A stretch of 5,947 bases of DNA from Fonticula alba ATCC 38817 (lineage: Eukaryota > Protista > Nucleariida). Location: assembly GCA_000388065.2 (NCBI GenBank), contig KB932208.1, one strand, 5' to 3'. A program made the position numbers and the translations under genes. Below are positions 5,606-5,947 of this stretch, piece after piece (positions within the stretch are counted from its first letter, which is position 1; the number at the start of each line of letters is the position of its first letter). The notes under the pieces were generated by a model. That model was not told the origin of the DNA. It worked only from the letters and a program-made list of their open reading frames with translations, and searched no databases.

Positions 5606-5947
5606 TCGAGCCCCGGAGTGACCTGACGGTGGCGTGAGAGCCAGCCGCTGTGCCTGCCGTCCTGCCCGCCTCCTGTCCTGCTGCCCCCTCCCCCCCTCCC
5701 CCCCTGGCCGCCCTGTGTGCTGGTGCCCTGCACGGGCCCTCTTCGGCAAGAGCGAGCACGCCCTCACGGTGGGGGGCGCAGCGGCCCCAAACACATACCC
5801 GCGAGACTGGCGAGCGTATGATTCACTCTGAGGCAGCGGCCAGCGCCGACTCGTCATCCCTGGCGAGCCGCGAGGTGCACATGGGACCGCCGCCACCGGC
5901 GGCCACCGGAAAAAACGATGATCGGGCCTCCCGGCGGATGGCCCCCC

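Larger units (their letters stand above)
1..5947. other. GC- and CpG-rich, microsatellite-dense, apparently non-coding eukaryotic DNA (CpG-island-like or spacer-like)
   Basis: Abundant CpG, many long C/G runs and six (CA)n tracts. All ORFs are low-complexity, overlap in several frames on both strands and show no recognisable domain. No bacterial-style gene packing. Confidence 0.75.

Noticed and set aside
4269-5621. Longest ORF (450 aa, +), with the somewhat protein-like segment AAIKHARIGAGLVLSEEDTGGRLWAGTCFGRWL
   Set aside because: It starts in a CA tract and passes through G63 and several repeats. I recognise no family and no clear flanking splice sites. A BLASTP/HHpred hit for 4491-4950 would overturn this.
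5785-5800. CCCCAAACACATACCC and G14-TGTA-G63 as herpesvirus pac1-like motifs; herpesviral terminus hypothesis
   Set aside because: The similarity is loose and low-complexity. There is no GTTCGCAC origin box, no TAATGARAT and no viral ORF, and the scaffold gap and many CA microsatellites fit a cellular genome better.
23-5896. All listed six-frame ORFs as genes
   Set aside because: They are low-complexity P/G/R/A translations with homopolymer and microsatellite read-through (poly-P, poly-G, HTHT, CVCV). They overlap in up to six frames and have no recognisable domain. Long ORFs are expected when stops are scarce.
1-5947. CRISPR array, IS element, Helitron or telomeric repeats
   Set aside because: No regularly spaced repeat-spacer units, terminal inverted repeats with target-site duplications, transposase ORF or TTAGGG arrays.

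Overview
This window looks like non-coding eukaryotic DNA. It is very GC-rich (roughly three-quarters G+C by eye, not computed), CpG-rich, and packed with simple repeats. I recognise no protein-coding gene, rRNA, tRNA, snRNA, transposase or CRISPR array. The six-frame ORFs are low-complexity Pro/Gly/Arg/Ala or (HT)n/(CV)n shadow ORFs, expected where stop codons are rare, and six of them run through a 10-N assembly gap at 2502-2511. What the sequence supports directly: (i) six CA-type microsatellites plus a (GCAC)n tract, all oriented CA on +; (ii) at least 15 C or G homopolymers of 11 nt or more (longest G63), often arranged as fold-back C-run/G-run pairs; (iii) short 11-16 bp tandem repeats; (iv) a multi-stem hairpin domain at 1034-1163; (v) an AT-richer island at about 1825-1995 with clustered AP-1-like motifs and a ZNF143-like motif; (vi) an ETS/YY1-like composite at 2443-2457; (vii) a CpG-poorer purine-rich block at about 2606-3205 holding a strong minus-strand splice-acceptor-like signal. 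The taxon cannot be determined. A CpG-island or GC-rich gene region, or an rDNA-type spacer, are working hypotheses only. I found no convincing evidence for a novel biological system; the findings are modest leads.
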